Of a stretch of DNA of 64,000 nucleotides, positions 1 through 12,845 are shown one piece after another (positions within the stretch are counted from its first letter, which is position 1; every line of letters begins with the position of its first letter). Under the pieces are notes generated by a model. That model ran no database searches. It was not told the DNA's origin and saw nothing but the letters and a program-made list of their open reading frames with translations. Source of the stretch: Lama glama (lineage: Eukaryota); contig CM052848.1 of the NCBI GenBank assembly GCA_028534125.1, positions 9,052,001-9,116,000 on the forward strand, given 5' to 3'. A program made the translations under genes and the position numbers.

Positions 1-681
1 ATGTTTGGAACAAATACTCTCTGTTGGAAAGTCTTATGTTTTTGTATGCTGGGTCCCTGAGTTAACAAACCTAGAACAGCTCATCATGGTAGGAAAAAAC
101 CACTATTTTTCTAGATATTAAGAATGTGGCAGATAGGAATGATCTACAAATTCATTCACTTATTCAATCAACAATGAAAGCCAGACTCTGCACGGTTTGC
201 CGACCAACTGCACAGCTCACCACAGCTGTTCACGTTGGTTTTGGAGGTCAGGCCAGCCCCCAGGACTCCCCAGAGTCTGGGAGGATCCTCCCATTCCTCA
301 TGCAAAATTGTTCAGAGCCCTCCCCGCACCGTAATTTATACACATTCCAGCTTTTAGATATCACTTCTTCTGCTTCCCAATTGGGTTTATCTCAGACGCA
401 GAATTTTCAATCCACAGCAACTACTGGGAGATTTTCAGACCAAACCTGTACCTTTTCAGAATGAGTCTCTCATAGAAAGGCAGATGTAAAATGTCAATCC
501 AGTGGGAAAGACGGACGGGCAAAGATTCAGACACTGCTCCCTGTCAGGCAGTCAGGCTATTATAACACCAGGGGAGGGGCTTCCTCGAAAGTGGGAAAGT
601 TTTCTGGACCCCCTCAGACACTCAACTTCACATAGCCTCCCCCTAATCTTAATGAATTCATACGAATTAAAAGAAACTAGA

Positions 682-790
682 TAGCATGCATGAGGTCCTG
701 GGTTCAATCTCCAGTACCTCCTCTAAAAATAAATCAATAAATAAACCTAGTTATCTTCCCCCAACAATAAGAACAAAAATAATTTTTAAA
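682..790 (+). mobile_element. tRNA-Ala-derived SINE (camelid Vic-1-like), 5' truncated
   Basis: tagcatgcatgaggtcctgggttcaatctccagtacctcc followed by an A-rich tail; tagata occurs on both sides. Confidence 0.85.
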
Positions 791-2282
791 AAATTAGATA
801 CACAGACTTTATTCAACTATGTATCTCTCTCCTTCTATGCATTCCTCTTGCTCCTCCCTCCATGCTGGACATCAGATTACTTGGCTGGAATTCTTAATGC
901 CTCCTGCACCCTTGGTCTGAATAAATCAAAACCATCCAAAAATCTGTATTCGAGCCCTGCACATGATCTCTGGCGTGTGCATTGGCCGCTGTTGAACTTG
1001 GGGTCTGAAGCCATCATTTTTACACAAAAACAAAGCAGAATAAAACAAAACAACCCCATTCACGATGATTTACAAATTGAAGGCACCGAATAATAACCCC
1101 TCGCACTTCTGGAGAGCTTTTTATCTGCAGAGCACTTCCCTGACAATAACTAATGAATTCTCAGACTCCCCTTAGGAATAGACACACAGGCAACCCACAT
1201 GCACCAGCAACTTAATTTACATGAAACCGAGAAAAAGACATTCCGAAACGGCGTTCCACTGAATCATAATTACAACCTCAAGCCCGAGATAAACGTGCTG
1301 AACTCTCCCAGGAAGGCGGTGACGCTCACCCGCTGGGGGGTCTCCTCGTGGCTTCCAGCACTGCCTGCGAGGGGCGGACGCATCGTCGGCCGCCTCTGGT
1401 GCAAGGTGCCCTCGTAAAGGCGAATAGCCTCAGGCAAATGCCCTGTTAGGGAGCACGTGCTGGGGCGGCGGTGCTGCGATTTGACCAGGGGCCTTCCTCC
1501 TCTGCCGGATCTCCCCCTTTCTCTCCGCTTTGAGCCTCTCTGGTCCTTCCTGGCACCCCCACGTCTCCAGTCTCCTCCTGCTAATCAGGGGGAAACACTG
1601 TGAGGAGGTGCCATGGATGTATCAGGAACCTCCTGTGAGGCCTCTCAGGGGAATACGGGCACCTTACAGAGAGGTGGACTTCCAGGAGCTTTCAGTCACT
1701 GGGGAGGTACAGCAGCCTTCCCAGGGCTCCGTGAACCACACTGCCTGGCGGAAGCCCGCCTCCACCTCCCCAAGGGGCTGGTCCTGTGTCCAGGCTCCCA
1801 TGTCCACCTGTGCCCCCAGCACCCCAGGTGCTTTCTGTGGTCTCACCTTACTTACCTTGCTTACTCACCTGCTTTGAGATGACACCAGCCACCACTGAGA
1901 TGTCTCCAAGTCCTGTATTAGGAATGTTCTGCGTACGACGACTGGTCCCTTAAGGGCACAGGGGCTGAATGTGGAACTGCCCTCCACGTTGGCAGGCTCC
2001 GGAAGAACCATTTCGGTGGAGATGCTGGAACCCCTTGACTTGCTCTTTACCCCTCAGCCTCTCCCTTCCCGTGGCTGAGGCCGTCCATCTTCCACCTGCA
2101 GGCCATCCATCCCAGGCCCTGGACTCTGAGCTCTCCTGAGTCAGGAGCTTCATCTCAGTGTCTGGGCAAGTCATGGAAGCCCCCTTCTTGCTGATCCAGC
2201 TCTTCCGTCCCAGCACTGATGCCTGATCTCTGCTGTTTTTCCTGGGCTTGGTCCCTGGTTTATACGCAGGGTAGGAAGTGAG

Positions 2283-2378
2283 TTGTTTATTTTTTTTCAA
2301 ATGCAGGTGCTGGCGATTGAACCCAGGACCTTGTGCATACTAAGCATGTGCTCTACCACTGAGCTGTACCCATCCCCC
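2283..2378 (-). mobile_element. tRNA-Ala-derived SINE (camelid Vic-1-like)
   Basis: gattgaacccaggaccttgtgcatactaagcatgtgctctaccactgagct (B box and A box on the minus strand). Confidence 0.88.
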
Positions 2379-2992
2379 ACCCCCCAGAAGTGTTGGGTTG
2401 ACCAGCAATGAATTGGAACTGGCTGATTTCTGAGTGTGGCTCTTTCAAGGCCAGAATAGAAATGGTCTCAACATGGTCTGTGATGGAGAAGATATTTCCT
2501 CCTCCAGGGGGCATTTTTAAGGCCAAATTAGGGGTGAGTGCCAAACATCTACCTCATTACTAGACTTATGGGTGTAGCAGAGGCAACAAAGGCCAAAAGC
2601 AGCCAGCAGGGAGGAGAGACCTGCCAGGGGTCCCACTGGATATACTGACCAGAGGCACGGAACAGCGGCAGGAATGAACAGCAAGATGGCTTCTCCAAGG
2701 GCCGGGCAGTGACTGAACAAACAAGGCCAAGATAACCAGGGATGGTTCACCAAGTAGGGCTGCAGCCTCAGAGAGCTCCCAGCAACATGGAGTCCAGAAG
2801 TCCAGGGCAATCTCAGAAAGCAAGTTAGACGTACTAGGAAGGAATGCAGGCCACCAACATGCAGAACCACTGGGGAGGAGGCTTGAGTGGCACCAAGCAT
2901 GATTCCCATATGGAAATTCTCCTGCCACCGGGAAATATTAGGGCTTGATTTTATTAAAGAAGAGAGAGGATCAAGATGGCCAAAGAGATACA

Positions 2993-3140
2993 GTCATTAT
3001 CACCACCACCACCATCACCACCACCACCATCATCATCACCATCACCACCATCATCATCACCATCACTATCACCACCAACATCCCCACCATCCCCATCACT
3101 ATCACTGTCACCACTACCATCATTGTCATCAACATCACCC
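2993..3140 (+). repeat. Compound (CAC)n/(CAT)n microsatellite
   Basis: About 150 bp of caccaccac/catcatcac units. Confidence 0.95.
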
Positions 3141-3599
3141 ACAACTTCACTGAACCACTAGAAGAGGTGCTTTAAAAGGTCCAGGAACTTTGAGGCATCC
3201 CTGAAGGACAGAAGAAGCCTAGGATCACTATGAAGGGAAAACCATTCTGAAGCTGCGCAGAACAAAAAAGATAAGAGGGCTGCTCTAGGATGTGATGGGC
3301 TTGGAGGTCAAGAACATTGGGAGGCTCTTGGGAGGGTAATCACTTGGGTCACCAGAAAGGAGCTGCCACCTCTCTACCCCGAAGGTTGAGAAGCAGGCAG
3401 TAGAGATCTCAGTCCTCCAGTCTAGAACACGGGGTTCAGATGGTCATGATGGGGAGGCCAGGTGAGGCCCTGGTAACACCCAGGAGGGTTGGAATGCTCT
3501 CTACATCCAAGAGACTACATACAGTAAGCAGAAACAGCCTTGGTGGAAAGGCTAAAAACTCAGATGTGAGGTTGAGCATGCAGCCAATGACCCCTAAAC

Positions 3600-4390
3600 G
3601 CTTGAAAAAGCCATGAAAGTGAGGTTCCAACCCCAACAAATGGAAAAGTTTACATCCAAAGAAGCAGAGTTAATAGAGCAAACAGAATAAGAATTTGGCA
3701 CATATATAATTAGACTCCTCAGAGAGAAATAAAATGATATTACACCCATAAAAAGAAATGTCTTAGAGATCTCGGAAATGAAAAATTTGATGATTGAAAT
3801 AAAATTCTCAGTAAATGGGCAGAAGCACTGAAGCTGATAAGAGAGTAAGTTGAAAGGCTGAGCCAAGAAATTCTCTCCGAACCACAAAAATGGACAAGGA
3901 GACAGAAAGGACAAACGCTGGTCAAAAGAATGGGAAGAAACCCCAACGTTACCAACAGTCATCTAACAGATCTTCAGAAGGCAAGAACAGGGAGCATGGA
4001 GGGGAGAGAACGCTCAGGCAGTAACGGAAGACACTGTCCCTGAGTGAAGACAGCTACGGACCCCAGAGACCGCTGAGCAGAATCAAGGACAAATGAGACA
4101 AGACTCTTATCAAGCATGTCACGCTGAAATTTCTGACATCAAGGAGAAAAAGAAAACCCTAAATGCTTCCAGGAGAAGCAGGGTGGAGGAGGAGGGACTA
4201 TATTACTGCAGATAACACTGGATGTGGCAAGAAACTGGAGAAATAGCTTCAGACTTCTGAGTCAGCATCCCGCAAGTGAAACTATGGCACAAGTGTGAGG
4301 ACCCAAAGGGGGATATTTTCACACATGCAAGGCTTTAAAAATTTCACTTCTCAGATCTGATCTGAAAGAAGTAACACAAGGATGATACAG
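3600..4390 (+). mobile_element. Degraded L1, ORF1-like region
   Basis: A-rich sequence with ORF1-like motifs (gaaatttctgacatcaaggagaaaaagaaaaccctaaatgcttccagg). Confidence 0.65.
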
Positions 4391-4439
4391 GGAGCAACAG
4401 AACAACTGGGGAGCCTTACTGTTTAGTCTAAGTAAGTAC

Positions 4440-4620
4440 TGACTTTAAACATTGAGCTATAATTTGCATACCGCAGAGTTCATCCTTTTAAAGTGTACCA
4501 GTCAGTGGATTTCAGTGTTTTCACAATGTTGCGCCACCATCACATGTATCTAGTTCCAGGATACTTTCATCACGCCAAATACAAATCCTGTGCCCATCAG
4601 CAGCCACGCCCTCCAGTCTT
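4440..4620 (-). mobile_element. Old L1 3' end fragment
   Basis: ttttaaagtgtaccagtcagtggatttcagtgttttcacaatgttgcgccaccatcac is typical of an antisense L1M 3'UTR. Confidence 0.7.
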
Positions 4621-5269
4621 CATTTTAGTTTAAAAGTTAAAGGATGTTAAAATAGGACTCATTTCCTCTTGTTTTCAAGGAGTCCCCAAGACAAGCGATG
4701 CCAACGACTCCAAAGTGAGGTGAGACCCACTAAGCAGGGTTTACAAGGCAGACATCAGAGACCCATGTTCAGACCCTGGGCTGACTGCCTCGGGTCCATG
4801 AAAGAAGGTGGAGAGGCCACAAGGAGGACCATGAATTAAGGGGGGAGAATTGCTACTGCGCTGTGAGTCCCACCCTGACTCCAGGGCATTTCTCCATCAC
4901 CTCGAATTTAACAAGAGGAACCACATACAAAACTTAACCTGCATGCCTGCAGTTTGGGGAGCAGGGTGATTTCTCACAGTTGCAGGTGTGGGGGTCAAAA
5001 TTCCCCTTGGCAGCTGAGACGGGACCATGTTTGGGAGGTAACTGCTATTGGTCACTCTTGGGTCAAAGATGTGACTGAGAATGGGCAGGCACTTGGCTGG
5101 CTCATGAACCTCTTCTTCACTTTTCATGCAGTTTCTTCAGCCATGCTGCTAAGGCACACATTTGTTTTTAAACTGGGCTAGATGTCACCTGCTTGAAACA
5201 TGTTCATAGGAAACATGTTCTAGGAAATTGGATACATAATTGGCAATTAATTTAAAAACCACTTTTAGC

Positions 5270-6285
5270 CCAAACCAATGGTAAAAGAAGAACAAACTTG
5301 GAGGACTCACACTTTCCAATTTTAAAAATTACTGCAAAGCCATAGTAATTAAGACAGTGAGGTATGCCATAGGACAGAGGTAGAGATCACTGGAAAGGCA
5401 TTGAGAGCCTAGAAATAAACCCTCATGTGCATTGTCAATTGATTTTGGACAAGGATGACAAGACAATTCAGTGGGGGTGAGAACAGCCTTTTTAACAAAT
5501 GGCGCCGAGTCACCTGGACATCCACATGCAAAAGACCAAAGTCAGATCCCTTCCTCATGCTATACACAAAAATCATCTTAAAAGGGGTCCTTCATCTAAA
5601 TTTTAGAGCTAAAACTTTAAAACTCTTTGAAGAAAATATAGGACTAAATCCTTAGATTTTACTGTGACTATTACTTATTTTTTTTACTTGGGTTAGGTAG
5701 GCAAAGTCTTCTTATATAAGACCTGAAAGCACAAGAGACAAATAGGTAAATTGGACCCCATCAAAATGAAAAACTTTTATACAAAAAAGGACACTATTAA
5801 GAACGTGAAAAAATGACCATAGAATGGGAGAAAATATTTACAAATCTTATGTCTGATAAGGGACTAGTATCCAGAACACATAAAGGGTCCTTACAGCTCA
5901 ACAGGCGAAAGATGAATAACCTTTTAAAAATGGCTAAATGATTTAACAGACGTTTCTCCAAGGCAGATTTTAAAATGGCCAACAAGCACCTAAAAGAGTG
6001 CTCAGTATCATTAATCATTAGGGAAATGCAAATCAAAACCACAGTCCAGTACCACTCACACTCAGTAGAAAGGCTGCAATAAAGAAAGGCAGACGGCAGA
6101 CGATGACAAGTGTTAATGAGCACGTGGAGGAACTGGAACTCTCACACATTGCTGGTGGGAACGTATAAAAGGGCCGCGCCTGCGGAGAACAGATTGAAAG
6201 TTCCTTTCAAACTTAAACAGCCAGCAGTCCCACACCTAAGTATACATCCAAGAGAACTGCAAACATATCTTCACACACAAACTCT
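5270..6285 (+). mobile_element. L1 ORF2 3' region, degraded
   Basis: Remnant peptide FSGGENSLFNKW...PFLMLYTKI; also agaatgggagaaaatattt and gggaaatgcaaatcaaaaccaca. Confidence 0.9.
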
Positions 6286-7409
6286 CTCCTTTGTACTTTA
6301 AAGTGAGACTTGACCTTTTCTGCCAAAAGCATTCTTAGATTGGTTCCCCCCTCTTCAAAATGCTGTCACCCATTCTCCTAGTTCAGGTGGATTTAGATTT
6401 TTGCAGAGGAAAAGAGAATTTGTGACTAGTTGATGGCATTTAAACAAAACACTGTAACACAGGAAAAAGGACATTTTACTCAGAAGAAGTTCTAGGAAGA
6501 GACGGGGGGTGTTTTTGAGACAGAGTGATGTTGATTTCAAGGTTTATTAAGACATTAAAAAAGTAATTTCACTGATGCATGAGTATTTCCCTTCAAATAT
6601 AGAAGTGCCTATTGTTACAAATCCTTAAGAATCATTCTGCTATGGTACAGTAAGCTGCTTCCTCATCCCAGAAACTGCACTACATGAGTTTCATGCGACT
6701 TACAGACACAGCAAAATCTCCAAGCAGTCAAACAAATGGCCAATGATTCCACCACCCTTGTACATGTAAATTTAAACTCAGGCAAAAATAGAAGACCCCC
6801 CTGGACAAATCCTCAATATTAGCTGCACTTCTCCTCTCTTCCCTAATAGCTTGCCCAGATTATTCACAAATGAATTATTCATGATTTGAATGGGGGAGTT
6901 TTGTTTGTTTGCCATATTTTTTTTTTAATACAAGAGGGAGACAGAGAAAGGGGATTTAACATTTGCAGCTTCATTAAGCAGGTCTGAGCAACCACCTTGG
7001 TGGAACTACGCTGAGCTCCAGGCCTGCAGACCTCTTAGAAGCAGCCTGAGAGATGAGGCCCTTCACAGGAGGAAGGGATCTGGGGTACTTAGCGAGGACC
7101 CACTGGAATTTCCTTGGAAAAAGTGTTCATGAATTTTGAGAAGAAGAGCTAGGGGAAGTGTTCCTTCCTAAAGCCAGTGTTCTTCATTCATTCCTTAGGT
7201 TAAGATTTGTATCACGTTCTTAAAGACACAGAAAAGAGCACACGATTTCATTAGGAGTAGGGCTTGTCATGTCAATGCTGAATAGACCATTATGACTACT
7301 TGGATTAAATCGTGACCATCAACACAGATCCTGGACTTTGTAACCATATCCAAATGCTCTAACAAGAAGCCCCAAATGAATATCACGTAACAAAAGTGAC
7401 AGGAAGCTA

Positions 7410-7525
7410 TTTTAATAGCAAATAACTAGACAAAAATGAAAATGATAAGGGACCTTAATAAATACAGCACTTTATAATTGATGCTACAATATGTACATTT
7501 TGCAGCATAAATTACTGTACAAAAT
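7410..7525 (-). terminator. Candidate distal poly(A) site: TATAAA (7476-7471), upstream UGUA motifs, downstream U/GU-rich tract
   Basis: Minus strand reads tttgtacagtaatttatgctgcaaaatgtacatattgtagcatcaattataaagtgctgtatttatt...cattttcatttttgtctagttattttg. Confidence 0.4.
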
Positions 7526-10404
7526 GGTCCACTTTCAAATCCCCTTTGATCCTGGAAATAATCCTAAGACCAATTCTTGTAAGAGGAGAAGATGAAGGCC
7601 CTTTAATTTGGTTTTGTGGCTGCTTAAACTGTCTCAGGGGGGATAAGCAGGTTTCTAAGTTGCTGGCAGCTTTCCTAAGACCAGGAATTTGAAATGGTGT
7701 TTGATCTGACACACTAGGCCATTGATATCGGAATACTGAATTCAAATTGCCAGCTCCACAAATAAACATCCAAGATGATGTGGTAAGAGGAAAATGGTGG
7801 AATTAAAATTCCTGCTCTGACCGAGGCTAACTACGTGGGAGGGTCGAGAAACTCCACCACATGCAACCTTTGCAGCTAGCAGCTCTCACGCTGTCGTGGG
7901 CATGTCTGTTCCTTAACATCCTGGCTGAGAAAAGGTGAAATCAGACGGTCTAGCTAGTGTATCTCCACCTCCTCAGGTTGCCATCCTAGAATTTTCTACC
8001 AAAATACTCAGAGCTCCCCCTGGATGAAGTGTTGTGCTCCTGTGGAAAGGGTGCTGGTACTGATTTGGGCTGAAATCAGACTGAATCTCTTAGGACCTTC
8101 AGCTGTGGCTCTTTTGCTCTAGAGAAAGGCCGGGAAAGGGGTTTCCGGCGAGGATGCAAAGAAGATGCCCTTTCAAATGAGTATTTCATGATGATTGTGG
8201 CTGAGCCCAGGTCACTGATTTAGGGCCACCAGGAAGCCCCTGTGTCTAAATAGTATAAACATTAGGGAAAAGCTAAAAACTTTAAACCAACATCGAGGGC
8301 CTTGACCTCAGTGGTGTGAAACACCCAGGTCAACGGTCAGGTTTCCAGTCTTTGTCCTGCTGCCCGGGGCTGGAACGTGCATCTCCAGGCGGGAATCACA
8401 ACATCGCTAAGTTCTCATGTCGATTTTCTCTCCCCTGGTTCCCTAAGGTTTAGCCTATAATTAAGCAATCATGTTGAGGCAATTAACCCGCTAGAGAAAC
8501 AAAATCCATCCTTTTCTCAGGAGAGATTTCCTCTTTCCTGAAGCTCATGACATACCCAAGTCCCTTTGGACAGATCTCCTTTCTCAGGGACAAACCTTCC
8601 CAGAGCAGCTGTCCGCCATCCCTTGGCCCCAAACAAACAAAAATCACCATCCGAGGCACAAGATTCACGTGAAGAGAACTCAGCCTCCTGGCACTCAGAG
8701 GAAACCAAGAGAACACAGAAAACGAGACTGTGCCGTGGGCGTCTGGTCCCACAAGGATGTTTGAGGCCCGGTGCTCAGTAGGCGGGTTATGTTCTCCTGG
8801 GGGATGCACACATTGGAAGCTTGGACCCCAAGTTCCCTCTTCCCGTTCCCATCTGAACTGCCCTCCCCCAAGCCCCGCTTTCTTAAGGCCAGGTTTGGAC
8901 GAGGAAGAAGACAGTGAGATTGTACCATCAGCTGCAGGGCACGCATCCCACCACATGGGTCTGCCAGCAGGATGGACTCAAAGTGGCAACAACAAAGACT
9001 GAAGGTTCTCGTGGAGGGGCCTGTGGCTACCCGCTGTCACCCTCTTGGTCCTCCGGAACCTGGTCAGAGCTGGGACAAAGCGTGGTCTCCCACATCACAC
9101 ACCTTTGCATCCGGTGCCTGCAGGGACGGCAGGTTTCCGTTGCCTCTGCTCTGATAGTGATGCTCCACTTCTGCTGCCAGTGACAACTGGGGCTCTCAAA
9201 TGCTTGCCCCACGCTGGTGATCCTCACACCCTCTCAGGTGGGCAGGTGATGTTCGGAGTTACATTTCACGTAGGGGAAACAGAAGCGTGGAGAGGAGCTT
9301 TACTTAAGACCCAGAGGCAACCGGCCAAGGAGGAGTGTGTCCGGGCAGCGCGGTTTCCCCGGCTGCTCATCCTCTTGGAACATCGGCGAGTTCTAAGATT
9401 GAATCGTTAATGCCTTACAGCCCCCACTGCCCCTAATAACCATTCTTCTACATAGTCAAGATACGGAATCAGACTTAGAGAACTTAGAAGGAAAAAAACC
9501 CGAGAGGAACAAAAAGACCAAGCCAGTTCACCGAGAAGGACATTTTGGGTTGAGCTGGCAGCTGGGGGAACATCACGGGATTAATAATCAGTCTGCCAAG
9601 TGCTCAAAGGAGAGTGTTAAAGTGGCTATTTCACCACACAAACAGGCCCCAGAGACGGCAGGCAATGACAGGAAAGTGCCTGTCGCTAAAGACTTGCGTG
9701 TTGCATGCTGGATTTGGGACAACTCAGCTACATGCCCAGTCTTCAGGCTTCGTGATCACTCACACTGCACATGAAGCTAACGGAGGAGACTCAAGAATGT
9801 CCTTTAAAAAACCATATCCACGTGGCTCCTGTGGGTAGCTGCTGCTCAACCAAGAAATGCACACTCCTCAGTGGGAAGTGTTAAGGAAATGCTCATTTGG
9901 GCATCTGGAAATAAAGAGATGATAAATACTCAGGGGAAAATCAATTCTCTTTTAAGGAAAACCGAAAAAGGACTGAAAAACAATACAGAAACTAGAGTAT
10001 CGTGATTACTTTTATAACCAAAAAGCACTGTTTGAAAATCCTAGACATTGGTTCTATTTTGCATCCTATTTGGATGTAAATATTTTCTGATGAGCTTTTC
10101 GTATGTTAGAAATGAGCAGGAAAAACAAAAACAAAAACAACCAAGTCCTTGATTTAGCTTTTCAGGTCTTACCGTTACTTTCTGATGCTTAAAGACAAAC
10201 GCCGAACCTTGTGTTGACTTGCAATTAGTGACCTGAATTCACCCCTCAGATCAACATGTTTGAAATTGGCTGTAAGAGGTGGATTTTCGAAGAATTTCAC
10301 GGAGGGATTGAATCTCCTGATTCCCATTACTGTGAGTCGGAGCTGTGAATCTAAATCCCCTGGCAGCTGACCCCAAATTTACCCCCCGCTGCCTCAAAGT
10401 GCCA

Positions 10405-10465
10405 ATTAAATAATAAAAACCAAAACCGTGGTCAGAGGCAATTAGTTTGAGAACAGAGTTTTATC
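10405..10465 (-). terminator. Candidate poly(A) site: variant hexamer GATAAA (10465-10460) plus downstream GU/U-rich element
   Basis: Minus strand reads tgataaaactctgttctcaaactaat...cggttttggtttttattattt. Confidence 0.45.
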
Positions 10466-12659
10466 ATTTTCCTCATGCCAAGCAAACAAATCGACCCGTC
10501 TGATGACATATACAGAAGAATTCAGTTTGGACAAAGAGAACACAAATCTCAAGTCTGAACATTTCTTGTGCTATTTGTCAGGAAGTTGTAATATTGAAAA
10601 AGTGTGCTCTTCTGAGAATGGGAAAACAAGGAAATAAACTCTGGCTCCAAACTGTTGGAAATTCAGTTTCTGTTGTTGGGTTTTTTCCCCCCCCTTTCAC
10701 TAAAAAAAAAAAAGAAAAAAAAAAGTCTTTCAAGATTCCAGTTGATCCAGGTTTTGTCGAAAATGTTACTCCTTAGAGATACGATGCTGATGGGAACAGA
10801 CTTCAGCTGAGTAGCAGGCAAAACTGCACAAGAGGAAGATAGTTCTTGAAAAGCCTTCAGGGGTTTCTTAGCGCAAACCACCTTTGAGAGAGTATGAGGC
10901 TCTTTCAAAGCGGTCCCTGGAGCAAGCAAAGCCAAGGACCCCGTCCTGGCCATTTCTGGGATGAGGCGGTCTCCATGGCGACCGGAGCTAGCGGTCTGCT
11001 GTCCTGTTTGAATCTAAGAATATAGTCTGGGTAAGGTGAAGCAATTATTTTGTTTTTGTTGCTGTTTCTGCTCCTTTGTTTAGTTTTGGGGAGGAGAGGA
11101 ATGAAAAGGAAGGGAGAGAAGAGTAAAAAGTGAGGTTAACAAAAAAACCCTCCCACACGGGGGGGGATGCATCATGGCAAGCCACTGGTCTAATATTTCT
11201 GTCTTCGGTAGTTCAAAATTCTCTTGTTTCACTCAACCAAATATTCCAACACTATTCCACCATGTTGGTTAGCGTTGGAAAATCCCAGTAGACACAAGTC
11301 AGGGAATTAACTTGGGCTATCAAGGGACGTTGATAGAAACAGTGTCCCAGGGCAACTGGTTGGACAGACATCAATGTAGTCATCAAATTAAACTCCTCAA
11401 GCTTCCTACACAGAGTTTTCTGCGATATTAGGGGTGTGTTTCCACACAAGCATTAAACTATAGCTATAATAAAGAAAAACAGTTTTTTTTTTTGCCCATG
11501 AAAAACATCAGACTTAGTAATGGATAATCTGTGGAAGCTACATTTAAAAATTTCATGAAACAATAAGGTCCATTCTAAAGAGATTATGAACTGGGGACCG
11601 GAATGCATATTTGAATGTATTTTGATTCTGAAATTTCCTTGTAAAAATATTCACAGAAATTGGTGGACATTTTTTTTTAACGTACAAGTCGATGTCTCTC
11701 ATTTACAACATAAATCATTTAATGTAACATTTGCAACCTTAGAAAGGCAGACATATTGAATCCAAGTCAGTTTATAAATTCCAATTTCACATGGATTAAA
11801 AACTGCAGATAAATTAAGTCACAATAATATCCTGTACATGCATTAAGGCTGGTGACTGCTAAAGTGTCTTGGGTATCTACACACAGGAAATCACACACAG
11901 ATTACTGGGTCTGAAGAGAGTCAACATCATTAAAAAAATCTTGCTTTTTTTTTTTTTTGGTGATACAGATTTCAACAGTAACTCTGGAAAACTGTGAAAA
12001 ATGTTATTTAAAAATATATATGTATTTACTACTGCACAATTTCAAAGATGTGATTTGTAAATAATGTTGGCTGCACTGATTAATTTTATAACATTTACTG
12101 CACTTCCGAGGTGATGTGAACACGCAGGGACTTATACTCAATATTAGGCACTAGTCATACCCTTCAGGCGTACTACAGTTTTACATTAGCTGTCTTGTAC
12201 ATATATATTTTTAAATGTATGCGTTTATATAAACTGTGTATATTATGTATGGAATGTCAGAAATGTACACGTCACTGTCATATAATACACAGGTCGCTGT
12301 TGTACACACTAGGGGACGTTTTAGTGCAGAAAGTCTCATTGCATTGACACCGTGTGTTCAATCTAGCACACAGCTGGTCAACTCTTCAGATCATTTTTTT
12401 CCAGTACATTCCTCTTTAGATAGTGGGTCCGAGTTTCCATTGGCAATTTGAAAGTTTCTAGAAGTATGTTTTAACCAAATCTCTCTTCCCAGGCACAAGT
12501 CTGATCTGTGTCAAATAGTAACAAACCCCACGTTTTGATCAGGAATATATTTGGGTTACTCTCTTTCAAATGTAACTCTAGAACTGTGATCAAGGTCCAT
12601 TCAGGTCATGGAGAGATAAGGCCATCTGAACTTGTACTGAACTTCTGATGAAATAATGT

Positions 12660-12845
12660 CTTCAAATAGAAAAAAAAAGGATGATAGACATTATATGTTT
12701 AAATGGGAGACTTTCTAGAAGGATGTACACGGAACAGTGAGCAGTGGTTGTCTCCGGGGGGTGGGGCTTAGTGCCTCCTACTTTATACTTTTCTGCATCA
12801 TTTGAATTTTTACCATGAGCTTGTATTATTTCTGTAATCAGAAAA
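12660..12845 (+). mobile_element. Ancient L1 (L1ME-like) 3' end inside the AFF3 3'UTR
   Basis: cagtggttgtctccgggg...ttttctgcatcatttgaatttttaccatgagcttgtattatttctgtaatcagaaaa. Confidence 0.6.

Noticed and set aside
2887-3175. Poly-His, poly-Thr/Ile and poly-Pro/Ser ORFs
   Set aside because: All are translations of the CAC/CAT microsatellite, which lacks stops in several frames; there is no gene context.
11452-11473. ATTAAA/AATAAA as the AFF3 poly(A) signal
   Set aside because: These hexamers are on the plus strand, opposite to AFF3.
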